This document shows, piece by piece, positions 11,500 through 24,558 of a stretch of 64,000 nucleotides of DNA. Source of the DNA: Leptogorgia sarmentosa (taxonomy: Eukaryota); contig OZ210885.1 of assembly GCA_964658305.1 (NCBI GenBank), forward strand, positions 21,886,001 to 21,950,000. Reading direction: 5' to 3'. Position 1 is the stretch's first letter. Every line of letters starts with the position of its first letter. The notes beneath the pieces are model-generated. The model did not search any database, had not been told where the DNA came from, and saw only the letters and a list, made by a program, of their open reading frames with translations. Both the position numbers and the translations under genes were made by a program.

Positions 11500-12500
11500 T
11501 TTAACGTCCTGTAAAAAATTGGGAACAATTCGTTCAAATGCTGTCGACTTATTTTACTTTTTGTAGAGGAAATTTGCAATATTTTCAATTGCAAAAGACG
11601 GAATATGCCGTCGAAACGTCGAAACGCAAGGCTAAAGACGCAGCGAATAAATCTAAACGTAAATCGAAAAAGGCGCGCACATGTGAAAGTCAAGAACATG
11701 AAAGCAGTTGTGGGGAAAATAGCAAACAGGTTTTGCTTCACGAGATGAAAGCTCTTGGGTAGGTTTATAATTATAAATTGTTTTAAAACGTGCATTACTA
11801 AATATACAAAAATTGATTGCATTCCTATTTATGGGCTCTTCATTAACTATTATAATGGGTAAATAACTGTCGATCGATCAAATCTACAGATTTGATGGCT
11901 CAGAATTTATCGCAAGTGTTGAAGCAAGTGTTTTGGATCGCCAGAAGTGAGGAAAGCCCCCGAGAAAAATACGCTACATTCACTATTGTCTATGGGCGCA
12001 CACATTACTGGTGAGTAGTCTTGTCAGTGTCATGTGAGTAAGTTTTTACTAGCTGTTTTCCCAATAACTGGACATTTTACTGTCAGGAATTATTATAGCT
12101 GTCTGCATGTATGCTATTTCCAGGGGTTTTCTGGAAGCGCTAAGAAAATACGGGAAATTTACCATTTGCTAGTGGTTTACTTAGACCATATGCTTGATTT
12201 GCTCTGCACTTTACTTTATAGAGAAAGCATTTTGCTCCTAAAGAGGCCGAGTTTGACTATCCCGCCCAAGTACTCTATTTCCTGAGACATATAGCGCCAG
12301 GAAATATAAAGGGTGAAATCAGAGAGGTACACTCTAAATAAAAATTTTCATTCTTCAAATTTTACTGTACCTAAAAATACATAAATGTATGCATACTTCT
12401 CAGTACGAATATTAAACAGAACATTGTCTCTTATCTTTTTAGGATGCGTTTCCAGTAACCCTTCAAATATTTTGCGAAGCAATGAACATACCACTGATTG
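11500..12500 (+). pseudogene. Decayed multi-exon gene of unknown function, probably transposon-borne
   Basis: Exon-like segments bounded by GT/AG sites (donors at about 11759, 12011 gtgagt and 12327; acceptors at about 12123 and 12442). Translations include ..FTIVYGRTHYW, ..AEFDYPAQVLYFLRHIAPGNIKGEIRE and DAFPVTLQIFCEAM. Contains stops. Confidence 0.35.
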
Positions 12501-12654
12501 CTTGTTGGAATATTACGTTGTGTAGTATTTTTTTTTAATATTTTACATGAATATAAATGAACTATTTACAAAATATATAAGTTTTTAAGAACTATGAAGT
12601 ATTAGAAAAAATCACAAATTTCGAGACCTTTTAAAATATTTTTACAGTCTATCA

Positions 12655-13865
12655 CAGGCGCGGATCCAGACCGTGGCGAACGGTGCGCGAGCCACAGTCA
12701 GATTTTTCCCACCTTAGATTTTCCGGGGTTCACCTTTTTTCATATTAGATTAAAGTATATATATGAATAATAATTTGAAATAAATCGTTCAAAATCAAGG
12801 AAATCTGCATCTAAACTCTAAAGCAGCCAATTTGAATAACATTTTCCCGGATTGTTCACATTATTTTATGTGGTGTCGTATTTCGCGTCAAACGCAATGA
12901 AAACGCCGAGATATTATGTTTCTTCAATAGCATAATCATTCAGTTAACACTGAACTATAAGAACAGCCAAAACCGTACCGAAGTGTGCCGAATATGTTCG
13001 GTAAACAGTCGCAAATTTGAAGCTGCCGCCTGTGATCACAGCCACAAATTTTGCCATGGTCAGCGTGCAAAAAGTTTCGCAATTGTTACCAAATATAGTA
13101 ACATTCTACCACGGTGCAGAGGTGCAAACCAATCACAGGGCTAGATGTGGTCATGTGCGCCACGGTGAGCGTATTTTTATTGCGCAATGCAAATGATGAA
13201 CGATGAGTTCGGGTACTCGTCGGACTTGACGGGTAGAATTTCATAACAAGCTATATTGATCAGTTCGCTGAATTGAATGCTGTTAGAATGGAGGCTTTTG
13301 AAAAGGTCGATGTTCTCAAGAAGCTCGTTGAAATCTTTCAAAAATTGAACCAGGGCAAAGATATTTCAGGGGAGTTATCGCTCTTGAGGCAACAGTGTGA
13401 TAAATATAAATTTATCACTGAAGGAAAGCTGCGCCGTATAAAATCTACAGGCGACATCGTGCTGCGAGTGTGCAAATTTTCCAAACTGCAGTTCCTCAAG
13501 AGTCAAATTGAAAGATCTGGGCCTAATATCCGTGATAAGTAAGAAATTTTAATAGATTTATATTAAATTTGCAATTGCCTTAGGGCCAGGGAATATTTGT
13601 GTATGAAAATTTTATATGTAAATTATTTGAAGTTGGGTCAAATAGTAATATGATCTCGATTTAAGTTCATTGAGTGCGATTCGTTATTTCTCTCTAAAAT
13701 ATGGCGGAATTAAGGCGAATTATATGATAGAATTCGATGCTCTGAATGCAGGGAAATGTATTCAAATTTCGACAAATTACCGGGGGGGGGGGTGCCCCGA
13801 ACCCCCCCTGGTTATGCGAATTTTCGACCCTGCCACGGTCAGATTTAAAGCTGGATCCGCACCTG
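12655..13865. mobile_element. Non-autonomous TIR DNA transposon (1.2 kb), superfamily unassigned
   Basis: TIRs caggcgcggatccag and ctggatccgcacctg. The 5-bp duplication tatca flanks both sides. Confidence 0.8.
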
Positions 13866-13899
13866 TATCAGTCAGTTTCTCTTTCTTTTTTTCTGCGAA

Positions 13900-14432
13900 T
13901 GTGCAGACGTCGTTTGGGTGTTGTCGTCATAGAACCCTTGAGACTGGTACTGAACACCTTCCTGATGAATGAATGAATGCATCAGCTTTCTTCACCCTTT
14001 TCCTCTTGTACTTTTTCCTTCGTTGTTTCATCTGTGGCCTCTCTTTGTACGCCACACTATAAATTCGCTTCATATCCATATTCTCCCACGAACTAATCAT
14101 TGAGGGACTAACAGATAGTCCAATTTTCGGTAGCAACTGCGTATACGGTACCTCTAGCCCGCTGTTGAAAAGTAGGCAGCCAAGAGCAACGGCCAAGCTT
14201 GTTTCCTGAGAGGAAGTGTACTGACATGGTGCAAGGATTTTGTGTAGCACACTTCTCACAACCAGCCAGGAAATGCTCATCACCCAAGCGATCGAACAGA
14301 GGTTTGGTAACGTCGATGATGGCAGGTGGGAACAGATTTTTAATCGGCTTGTGCAAATTGGTTTTGTTGCTAACATCTCGCTGATACAAACACCAGGATT
14401 TTTCCCCGACGGGACAGTGTGTCTGCCCTGCC
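13900..14432 (-). pseudogene. C-terminal remnant of a Mutator-like/Kolobok-type transposase
   Basis: HCPVGEKSWCLYQRD..PLFDRLGDEHFLAGCEKCATQNP matches the CPxGxxSWC...TQN motif, followed by a basic tail. Frameshifted. Confidence 0.6.
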
Positions 14433-14468
14433 AAGCGCCAACTCCAGGCACTGCCCCACCCCCTGAAC

Positions 14469-17027
14469 TAGGCTGGGGCGGTTCTGAAAAAAAACCGAAA
14501 ACCGTTGAGAAAAAACCGTAAAAAACCGAAAAACCGGTTTTCTATCAATAATTAACACACAGTCATAAAATAGTGTAGCTATTAAGTGAAGATTTTAATT
14601 TTAGATGCTTAATATCAAAAGCCTACAAAGGTGTCAAAATACAAGTGAGAAAACGATGTTAACAACATTACGTATTTAGTACTATTTACAAAAATTACAA
14701 GTTTTCAGTTAGAAATGTTAGCATGTCAACTTTTTCTGGCTTTAAATGTGCTCGAGATGGAGTACTGATCAGTCCTGCCTTGCTGAACTGCTAGCCTGGA
14801 TCACAAGATACTTTCGGGCAAGCTGACAGAGCAATGGGAAATTTACTTCGTTTCTCTGCCACCACTTTAGTGGATCTTCGTCTCCATCAATCACGGGATA
14901 CGTCTGGTAAAGTTTGATTTCGTTTGACAAACGATCACGTGGTGACTGAGCGGGCGTTGGTTGATGTGGTTTTTTTAGGCTAGTCAAAGCTCCGAGGCTA
15001 AGTTTTATCTTCTTTTGTGCTGGTGGCGTTGAGGGTGCATCACAATGCGATGGAGGAACTTCACTTTCTTGTTCAGCGAAGTGAAGGAAAACAGCCTGCT
15101 AGAGAAGTTCGTCTTTGACCAAAACCAGCTGTAATGGCTCGGCGTCATTGGTTTCACTATCGCTACTGGCGATGAAATCCGCTTTGTACCTCGGATCAAG
15201 GAAGGTTGCCACGTTCAACAGCTGGGAAAGATCATTTTTGTCATACCTTGACTTTAGACGTTGCAGGATTTCTTCCTTGAGCTCGCATGTCAGCGGAAGA
15301 TCGTCATCTTCATTAGCAAGTTCAACGACTGACAAACGATGCAAAATTGGTTTCACAGCACTAATAGTGACATATTTACTTCCCGATAATATGTCGGTGA
15401 ATTCCTTGAGTGGAGCCAACGCAGCATTGATGCACTCTAGAATTTCCAAATCTTGCCAGCTTGGTACAAGATGAGATACCTTCTTGTCATTCCCCAGCAC
15501 TCTTCTTATTGCCTTCTTATTTCGCAAAACACGACTGATCATATGTTGCGTGGATCCTCAGCGTGTAGGACATTCCTTCAAAAGTCAACATCATCATGTT
15601 AAAAAACTGTTATAAAATAGTCTTTTACTGAAGGACTGAAAAGTAAAAGTAGAAAACTTTTGTTTTAAATTTTAATTCTCCTTTTATATTTAGTCTACTA
15701 TTTTATAGTAAAAAGTGAAAACTTACAGATGCCAACTGCTTCACTTTTTGTCCTGGTTCTTTCTGCAGTTGAGCTGCCGTCATGTCTCTGCGTCTTTTCC
15801 AGCTGGTGCCAATTGCGGCCACGATCTTCTTACAAGTTCCCAATGAACGCTTGACTCTTGGTTCATTTGCCAGAGTGTTAGTGATTGCCAAATGAAGATT
15901 GTGACCGAAACATGACACGTTTGTCCAACTGTTGTCCTTACAGGCCTTTTTAACGTTTGCCCCATTGTCTGTTGTTATTGCAACTTGTTTGGTTTCGTTA
16001 AGATTCCAATAGGAAAGTATATCATGCATGCTCTCTGCAAGGTTGTTGGCGGTATGGTTTTCTGGGACGTACCTGGTTCCAAGATTCCTTGTCTTCAAGT
16101 TCCAGTCATTGTCTATCCAGTGTATCGTGTAACCCATATAAGGAAGCAAGCCGTGGGATGACCACATGTCCGTAGTCGAGGAAAAATATCCTATGCTACT
16201 TAGCTCTTCCACGACTGATTCCCTTGTTGAGTCATATAGTTTAATTACTTTATTCTTGGAAAATGTAGTTTTGCTTGGGATCTTGTATCGGGGTTCTAAC
16301 ACATTTATCAGGTTCTGAAAACCTGGTCTGCTGACCGCATTGAAGGCCACGTTATCCTTACACAGAAACTGTGTGATGGCATCTGTAATGGCTCGATGTC
16401 GCGGGTTGCTGTTTTCAAACGGAGTGGTTTTAGCGAATGCGCTCTTGATGGTAGGCTGTGGTGATGAAGGGAATCCCGCTAATCCCACTGCCTCATCGGT
16501 TTCTTTGGAAGCTTGAGAACCGACCTTGCGCTTTCGGTTTATCGTAGCATACTGCATGGGATGATTTCTTCGCAAATGCATTGCCAAGTTCGAAGTATTC
16601 CCACCTTTGTTTTTCACTGTACGCATACATACTTGGCAAATTGAGCCGTCATCGTTGGCCTTCTTAAAAAAACTTCCAAACAGAACTGCTTGTTTCTGAC
16701 ATCTCGGCAATTTAAGTGTGAAAATATTTTTCAAACTAAGAGCGCGTTTTGACTTGCGAGTTGCGACAGGCTATAAACAAATCATGTAAATTTGAATAAC
16801 ATGCACACTAAGATAGATCCTGATTGGCTGTTGTTTGCTTTGGATGGATGCCTCGTGCCCACGCGAGTGATGAGTCATACGTCAATCACGGAAGTTATCT
16901 GACTTTTTTATCCCCCTTTTTTCGGTTTTTCGACTTTTTTTCGGTATTTGAACATTTACGAAACCGAAAAACCGGTTTTTCAAAAAAAACGGTATTTTCC
17001 GGTATACCGAAAAACCGCCCCAGCCTA
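14469..17027 (-). mobile_element. Full-length hAT transposon
   Basis: TIRs taggctggggcggt and accgccccagccta. 8-bp TSD ccctgaac at 14461-14468 and 17028-17035. Subterminal aaaccg repeats. Confidence 0.97.
14690..16702 (-). pseudogene. hAT (Ac/ZBED1-like) transposase, two exons, inactivated
   Basis: BED finger (CQVC..NTSNLAMHLRRNH), TTDMWSS, TTDNGAN, CFGHNLHLAI, FLDPRYK and a dimerisation domain (PLKWW..FPLL..LARKYL). Intron at about 15578-15723. Frameshift after MSETSSSVWKFF, PTRW mutated to PTR*, and further C-terminal lesions. Confidence 0.92.
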
Positions 17028-18036
17028 CCCTGAACCTCTTCAATCATCCAAGCTGCCAGAGAAAGCTTGGGCCAATGTAGCAGTGGATTTCGTCGGACCA
17101 TTTTCCACAGGCGAATATCTCCTAGTCATAATACAATCTGACGAATACAGTCGATACAGCGAAGTCGAAATTCTCACCACCACCTCCGTGAAAGCCACAA
17201 TCCCAAAACTCAATGCAATATTTGCCCGACAAGGCATCCCTGAAATCCTAAAGTCCGACAGTGGCCCACCGTTTAACAGTGAAGAGTTCGAGTTTTGCAA
17301 CACACCTTGTTTTCAAGCATCGCAAAATCACCCCATACTGGCCGCGAGCCAACAGCGAAGCTGAACGCTTCATGAAAACCATAGAGAAAGCGATTCGCGC
17401 TGCGACAGTCAAAGGTCGCAACTGGAAACAAGCCATGTTTACCTTCCTCCGTCAATATCGGGCCACACCACACAGCACCACCGCTGTCTCTCCTTGCGAA
17501 CCGCTCAACCACCAAAGCTAAACATCCAGATACCGGGTCCCCCAAACACACCAAACTTTTCAGAGAAGGACGAAACGCTACGCCGTCAAGATGAAAAGAA
17601 GGAAAAGTATCATGAAATCATACAGCGACCATCGAAACCACGCCAAGCCAAGCACCACCAACACATGCACCGCCAACACCACCGAGAAGATGCTCTCGAC
17701 ACTCAAGAAAGCCAGACCGGCACGGCTACGAAAACAATGCACAAGCTTGAGAAAACGATGTTTCCACTCTAAACACTGCACAACACAGTTCTATGGCAAA
17801 CCACGAATTCTTAACCACTAAATAATAACCGTAAACAAACAATCCATGAAGTAGGGGAGGGATGTAGAATCGTTACATGAAGTATCTCACATATTCCACT
17901 TTGGGTAATCACCTTGCATGTGTACATATCACCTTGCACTTGTATATAACATATATTCCTTAGTATCACATTACATTACTTATATACACTGAATGCGTGT
18001 GTGTGTTCAACCTGAGGTTAATACATAAACACAACA

Positions 18037-19246
18037 GTTGCTACTCCTGAAATGCTCCAAGAAGATATGCTTCTTCATCAAGCAATTGCTAGCCTTGATT
18101 TTGGAAGAATTATATTTGACGAGGCTCACACAATTGCCACCTGGGGAAGCACATTCCGCCCAGTTTTCAGAGATTTGCCTGAACCTTGCAAATCTGACAT
18201 GTCCAAAACTGCTACTCAGTGCTACAGTCACCACTAAACTTCAGCAAACCCTCATGGATGTGTTTGGAAGGCTTTTGGTTTTCCGGGAAACCATTTATCA
18301 TGAGAATCTTATCTCTGAGGTTGCAGAGAGATCACCAAAGTACATTCAAGAAATTGCATCTTTTGCACACTTGGTCATTGTCATTGAATAATTTATTGTG
18401 TCTTACGCTTACCACATCATGTTGAAAAAATTTACAGTGAGTTATTAAAACAGGGACTAGATGCTGTAAAGTACCATGGTCAACTTTCTGATGAAGTAAA
18501 GCAAGCAAGCTTTTCGAAGTGGTTACATGGAGATGTTGGCATTATGGTAGCAAATTCATCATTTGGTATGGGGATTGATAAGCCTGATGTCAGGTAATAT
18601 ATTCAAAAATTGTGTTTTCAGTGTAGGTTGATGTGCAGGCATTTTATTGTGAATTATAATTCAGACAAGGCTCCACATTTGCAGTATCCTGATATCCATG
18701 TGATACTAGATTTCAATTTCAGATAGCTGATACAGGTATCAGTTTTATCCAACATAAACAAATAGTATGTCAAACTCTTTGCCTCTAAGACATTAATTCC
18801 TCTATTTTGTTACAGTGGAATGTGAATTATCGCCACTCCTAGTATCTGTTATTTTCAACATATATTAAACCACAATAGCTTGATATCCTAGATTGTCTAA
18901 TACAACTGATAAAAAGGATAGACTTTGTCTCCCAATATTTATTTATTTACCAATATGGTATTTATGTTAACATTTTTGGATATGTCATTCATGCAAAGCT
19001 GCCTGTGAGTGTGGATGAGTATTACCAACAATGTGGTAGAGCTGGCAGAGATGGATTACCAGCTACATGTAAGCTCTACCATTCAATCTCAGACAAGAGC
19101 ATCCTGTATAAACTATTCCACAAACAAGGAACTGAAAGCATTGCATCTCAGTGTCAGTGTGAATTGCTGAATGAACTTGTTGTTTTGGTGGAAGATCCTA
19201 TCCAATGCAGACATAAAGCAATCATGGCTTATTTTGGTGAGACACG
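18037..19246 (+). pseudogene. RecQ-family helicase remnant (AcademH-type), with an intron
   Basis: VATPEML, FDEAHTIATWGSTFRP, CPKLLLSATV, VKYHGQLS, VANSSFGMGIDKPDVR | intron about 18594-18979 | YVIHAKLP..DEYYQQCGRAGRDG..CRHKAIMAYFGE. Frameshifted; truncated 5' by the Gypsy LTR and 3' by the BEL element. Confidence 0.9.
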
Positions 19247-22200
19247 CCTGCTGTCGTTTCAACATCACTCTCGCGTCTTTACTTTCGACCTCAGTTTAGG
19301 TATCCACCATTTTTCTCTTATGGCCAACATCGTGTTTGCAACTCCCAAGTGATTTATTTGCTGATGGGCATGGCAAATCAATTTCTCCGCTTGGAATGAA
19401 GACAGGTTCATAACCCTAGATCCTCCCCTTGCACTTGAGGATATCTGTCTCTTCATCTTTTACTAATTTCCACCCGGGGGGGTCTCGAGATTTGATTCAA
19501 CGTTCCCTTGAATCCTTCGGATCCAATGATTCTCTGCGCTCAAGATTTCTTTAGTGGTTAGTGGTCCACTCTCCTTCTTCAACTTCCGTCTCTTAGCCAG
19601 GGCATTGTGGTTAAATCTTAGAATCCATCCGTGTTCTCTCGTAGTGCTTGGACAGTGGTTGCTAGGGTGTCGGGTTGGTGGTCAAGGTGGTAGTCGATTG
19701 TGGCTCCTAACATGAACGGACTGGCTTCCGCACCAAAAGGAACTCGGGCAAACCTGAAGTGTCTCTCTTGGTTGTTAGTGTTGAAAAGAAACCTATGCAT
19801 GCACTCGTCTAGGTCTAGCGCTAGCATCAAATACATTCTCACTTTCGAACTACTAGCTTGCTCTCGAACGATGGGCTTGTGAGGCATATAGAAAACGCAA
19901 GGTCCTGTTGGACGGTTCGCTGGTTCAATGATCTCCTTTTCTAGCTGATCTTTCACGATTCCCACGTAAGCTTCTCGAAGCTCTTTATCATGACTAAGTT
20001 TCCTCTCTGTATTCTTCAACCGTTTCCTGCTCGGTTCCTCGTTAGTCTTAAGTAGCTCTGCTCCCGGTATCCATGGTACACTCACCTCGTATCTCCCGTC
20101 GCTTCGTGTCACAATACTTTCTTCAAACTCTCGATAGACGTCAAGTTGGTCTCCTTCTCCCCGATCCTCTATTCCCAACACGTCCAGTGAGTACAGCAGC
20201 TCATACTCATTTGTCTCTGGTGAACATACATATTTTCCATCTGCATACTCCTTACCCCCCCATGCAGCACCCAGCCAAAGATTGTGGCTTCTACGATTGG
20301 GTCGTCAGGTCCACCTTTGATAATACTCCCCGTCTTGATATGGCAGAAGACTGCATCTCCAAGTATCACATGTATTGGATACTCTTCCGTGGCAGTTCTA
20401 TAGAACGTTTTCCCTCGGACACGAGGGTACTTTCCTTCACCTCAGCAATTTTAGGGGGCCTAACTGTGGTGAAATCCATCATCTTGCTACCTGTCACCTA
20501 TATTATTCTTCTCTCACTACCGTTTAGTGATTCAATTGTCACATCAAAGACCGGCATTGATTGCCGTTTCATCCCGTTGACTGTTAGAATATGATGTGTT
20601 TCGTGTCTCTTTGGCTTCAATCTTAACATATCTATTGCTTCTTTAAAGATAAAGTTTCTTCCCGAGCCAGTGTCCAAATATGCCCAGTAAGTGACACCCT
20701 GGATTTTTATTGGGATGATAGCTGGGAGAGATTTCTCCTCTCTGGAGGGGGAAAATCCATTCAACGTTTTATCATAATCAGGAGTTCCACTTTTCGGCTC
20801 CCTATTGCACAAGCTGGTATGATGCCTTGCTTTGCACTTGTAACAGCCCCTTGCACGGAAATTATTTTTTCTGTGCCCCGACCGCCCACAATTTAAACAC
20901 AGGCGGTGCTCTGAAAAGAATGGACGGCGTTTCTCGAGATTGTCATATACTGGGCATGCATCCCCCCAGTGAGACTCCTTGCACCCAAATATGCAATGGG
21001 GTCCCCTCTGGCTAAACATGTTACGTTCCCTCCTTTTCTCCATCTCTTTACCAACCTCTGGCTGGTTCCTCTTTAACCACTTTTGTAGGGCTTTTATCAG
21101 ATTCTCCATCCCCATTCCTCCCATTCTTCATCCGTTCTCACTAAATCTGCCTTGATACTGGGCAATTTGTTCAGTGTTGGTAGTACAAGTCCCTTCAACA
21201 TGTTTCCCTCACCCAAAGTTTGCAATGCATCATGGCTCTTGCTCAGGGATTCATAGAATTCATGCACCTTGTTGTACATCGACCCCTTCACAGTAGGCAG
21301 ATTAATAATTTGGTCAATATGAGCCGCAATGACAGTTTTTGTTTGTCCGTACTCTGCTTTTAATCTGTCCCATGCGGTTTGGTAACCTGACTCGCCAGGT
21401 TTGAGATTGGCAAAGCAGTCTCGTATTTTGGGGTCAACTAATTCTAATAAATACCCAAATTTCTCTTCTGCAGAAATTGGCTTATTGTTGACTTGTGTCG
21501 TAAACATGTTCTCAAATCTAATCCAATCTTCTGGGTTTTCAGTTCAGGTAATTTGGATCTACATACCTTGGCAGTCTCAATCTCTTACTGCTTCTCAGTC
21601 ATCTTGATCTCAGCTTTTAGTCTTTCTTCCCAAAGTGCTTTCTCTCTCTCTTGTAATTCCAATCTAAACTTTTCTTCCCTTTCAAATTTCACCTTCAACT
21701 TTTCAGTCTCCAAATCTAAACAGTGTTTTTTCTCTCTGTCTTCCAAAACTCCTTCGATTTTCCATTTCTTTTCTAATAACAGTGAAAAACTTGCCTTCAG
21801 TTCCCTTTTCCATTGCCTGATCGCTCTTTGCCTTTGTGTTTCCTGAGTCTAATTTTAGCTCTTGTACGCATGAAATGAGGTCATTCAATTTGTCTCGAAT
21901 TTCGTCAGTCCTTTTAGATGCAATTCGTAACTCCGATATGTCATTATTCTCGATAGGCTCGTCCATTTCCTCTAGATAATACTTTAGTTTATCGATTGCT
22001 TTACCTATTTTACTCTCTAAAATCTTTTCTTGTTCATTAGGTTGGGTTGAATTACTCACATTTGTACTAGATTCGTCGTCTGCCATTTTGTTTACTTATA
22101 AAGTCTTGTAGATATTTCTCGCAATTTCACGGTCGAATCCTGGTCACGGCACCACTAATGTACAACCTATTGTACGTCGATACTGATGGGTTTTTTTCCG

Positions 22201-22360
22201 GTTTATTAGAAAAAAAAGAACATAAAACATAAACGAATTACAACTAAACCTAAATTGTTCTCGTTCACAGTAATTATCACTTCACAAGCATGTGTTCTTG
22301 TGCTTTCACTTTTTCCCGCCCAATTTCCTACAAAATTCCCGTTCAGACCCAAGGCACACA
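19247..22360 (-). mobile_element. BEL/Pao LTR retrotransposon remnant
   Basis: Gag (EKFGYLLELV..YQTAWDRLKAEYG), Cys/His knuckles, protease YLDTGSGR, RT pieces (YMPHKPIVRE..KVR; FARVPFGAEASPFML) and integrase Zn domain ([18 protein letters not shown]). PBS tggtgccgtgaccagga (22138-22154, -) is tRNA-His-like. 5' LTR starts at 22159; its outer end is approximate. Confidence 0.9.
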
Positions 22361-23418
22361 GTTTAATTAACAGTGATTTACCTATTTCAAAATATGAAAA
22401 ATCATCAAAATAGATTAGTTGTAAATATTTAAAAATTCAAATGGTAGTACCGTAGTAATTGTGATAATATTATCTTGTAGTCTTACTAGATTTCGTAGTC
22501 GTCGCGAATCTAAAGTTCCCTATTTATTGGTAACACTAAGTTTTTTCCATTTATTCACTTGTATGTTTTTTTTTAATATGTAACATATAAATGGATTGCA
22601 GTTTTACATACGTGTAAATGCCTATGGTGGGCCAGCAGCACCATAGCATTTTCCTATATTTTTAATTAATTTTGATTTGAAATACATTTAAAATAAAAAT
22701 ACAATACACACTAGCAAAGTAAAAACACATTAAGATTAAATTTAAAATAAAACTAGGAGTTACTATCGCAAGGAAAGTGCTGCAGTAACGCACAAACTGT
22801 AAAATTCCGGCTGGCTTATAAAATACCCGTCTACTTTTGAAACTGTTTAACGATACGAAGTCAAAATAATTGCATAATGTAATAAATATAGCCAAGTTTT
22901 CAAAAGCCTGGGCAAGATACATTTAAGTCATACGATCGACGACAGAAGTGAAATGTGATACAGCTATTTCAATTAGTTGTCGCGACAATAAACAGGGCCA
23001 ATATAGGAGGAAGAATAAGCCGCTGATTAAATAAGTCGCGAACGTCTGTATAATAAACAGACAATTTCTTTGCGAATAAGCCGCGGCTAATTTTTGCCCA
23101 GGGTTCGTGAAATAATCATATAAAAGATTATGTCCACCGTCATCCCGGAAATGGAGACACCGAGAAAAGATCGACTTTTCGAGAATAAACAACAAAATAA
23201 AAACAAATTAAAATCAAAACTGAGTAAGAATAAAATGAAAATTCCACATGGCCCATGAGCGCCATAGACCAAAATGCCTTGTGTTCGAAGGACAGCAGCC
23301 TTTGCCCAATCATGTTTCCCATACGTGCCAATTATACGTGCCCATTCCCTTAAACTGCAAGGGGGCATTGAGCAAGACGCCCTTTGAATTTGCCCTTTCC
23401 TCTTTAAACTGTCAAAAC

Positions 23419-24380
23419 ATGGCTGACAAACAAAACACATGGAGACAATTTCAACAGAAAATTAAGAACAAACACTACGCGAAGAAAGCAACAGAGACAA
23501 CGAAAGGCAAAGGTCAAGAAGGCGAGAAGGAGGAGTTGAAGTTCATGGCAAAGCCCAAAAATCGAGTTGGCCCACACGAATTTGTTGAATTTAGCGATAT
23601 GGAGATGACGGTGGAAAACATTAAAAGAGCATGTACGGCGTACTACAGGAAAAGTGTGGGATCAGGGATGGTGTGCAACATATTGGCCGGTGATCAAGGC
23701 CCTTCATGTAAAACCATCAAGCAAATCCTGAACTTGAAACTCATACATGTTCGTTTCATACCCGAGATTGATAGCGACCTCGAGGCGATCGAGGAAATTA
23801 AAGCTGAAGCCGGTCAAAGTTGTCCTGAAACGAGTAATCAGAGTGTGAATGACTTGCCAGAGTGTGAATGTTCCCAGAAGCTTTGCCTTTGGTTTGCCAC
23901 CGAGGATGAATAAAAAACCCAAGTGTTGTAAGATGTGGTAAAACTCGTTTTTATTTTAAGTGCAACAAAAATAAAGTACAAATTTTATAGCAACACAATG
24001 ATCAGCGGATGCCCAGGGTGGTCCCTCAAGGAAAAACAGCGGCCACAGGAGACCCAAAACATAACTAAATTAACAATTATAACACCAAGCTTGTGCCTAA
24101 AAGTTTGTCGGTACAATTGGGTAAATTGGTGCAAACAAAAACAACAATAATAAAGTTGTATTCATTTAATTTTGAGTCTTTGATATGGTCAGCTATTCCA
24201 GTGCCAGTCGAATTTGAAATATGCAATGATGTTCTTGGTGAGGGTGGTTTTAGGGAGGCATACAAGGGAAAAGCAAGTACCAAAGATTTTTGTGATAAAA
24301 TATGGGTTGTAAAGAGATACAAACGTGCAGTTGCAGAAATTGAAAAAAATCAACCAAACAATAGAAAGTCAAGTAAGAAA
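23419..24380 (+). pseudogene. Truncated alpha-kinase-type gene
   Basis: N-terminal ORF (..ENIKRAC..CNILAGDQGPSC..LIHVRFI), then FEICNDVLGEGGFREAYKGK..WVVKRYK, matching alpha-kinase subdomains I-II. The rest is missing. Confidence 0.6.
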
Positions 24381-24558
24381 GGTCAGGTATTTCATTAAAT
24401 CGAATGAGCCCCTCCCCCCCTAAAAATTATCTTTTTGGTAATATGACCTGTTTGACGTCATTAGTAGGGTAAGATCAAAACAACAGTATATACATTTTAT
24501 GTTCATATTTGCGTCGGACAGCTTTTCTCAAGTAATTATTGCCTTTTTGATTATAATA

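Larger units (their letters stand above)
14420..18036 (+). mobile_element. Gypsy/Ty3 3' remnant (integrase, PPT, 3' LTR) interrupted by a hAT element
   Basis: CLPCQAPTPGTAPPPE | PLQSSKLPEKAWANVAVDFVGPF..LKSDSGPPF..TPYWPRANSEAERF..YRATPHSTT. PPT gaagtaggggaggga is followed by a TG...CA segment at 17863-18036. Confidence 0.85.

Noticed and set aside
22138..22154. tRNA gene
   Set aside because: Only a short 3'-end complement next to an LTR, i.e. a primer-binding site.
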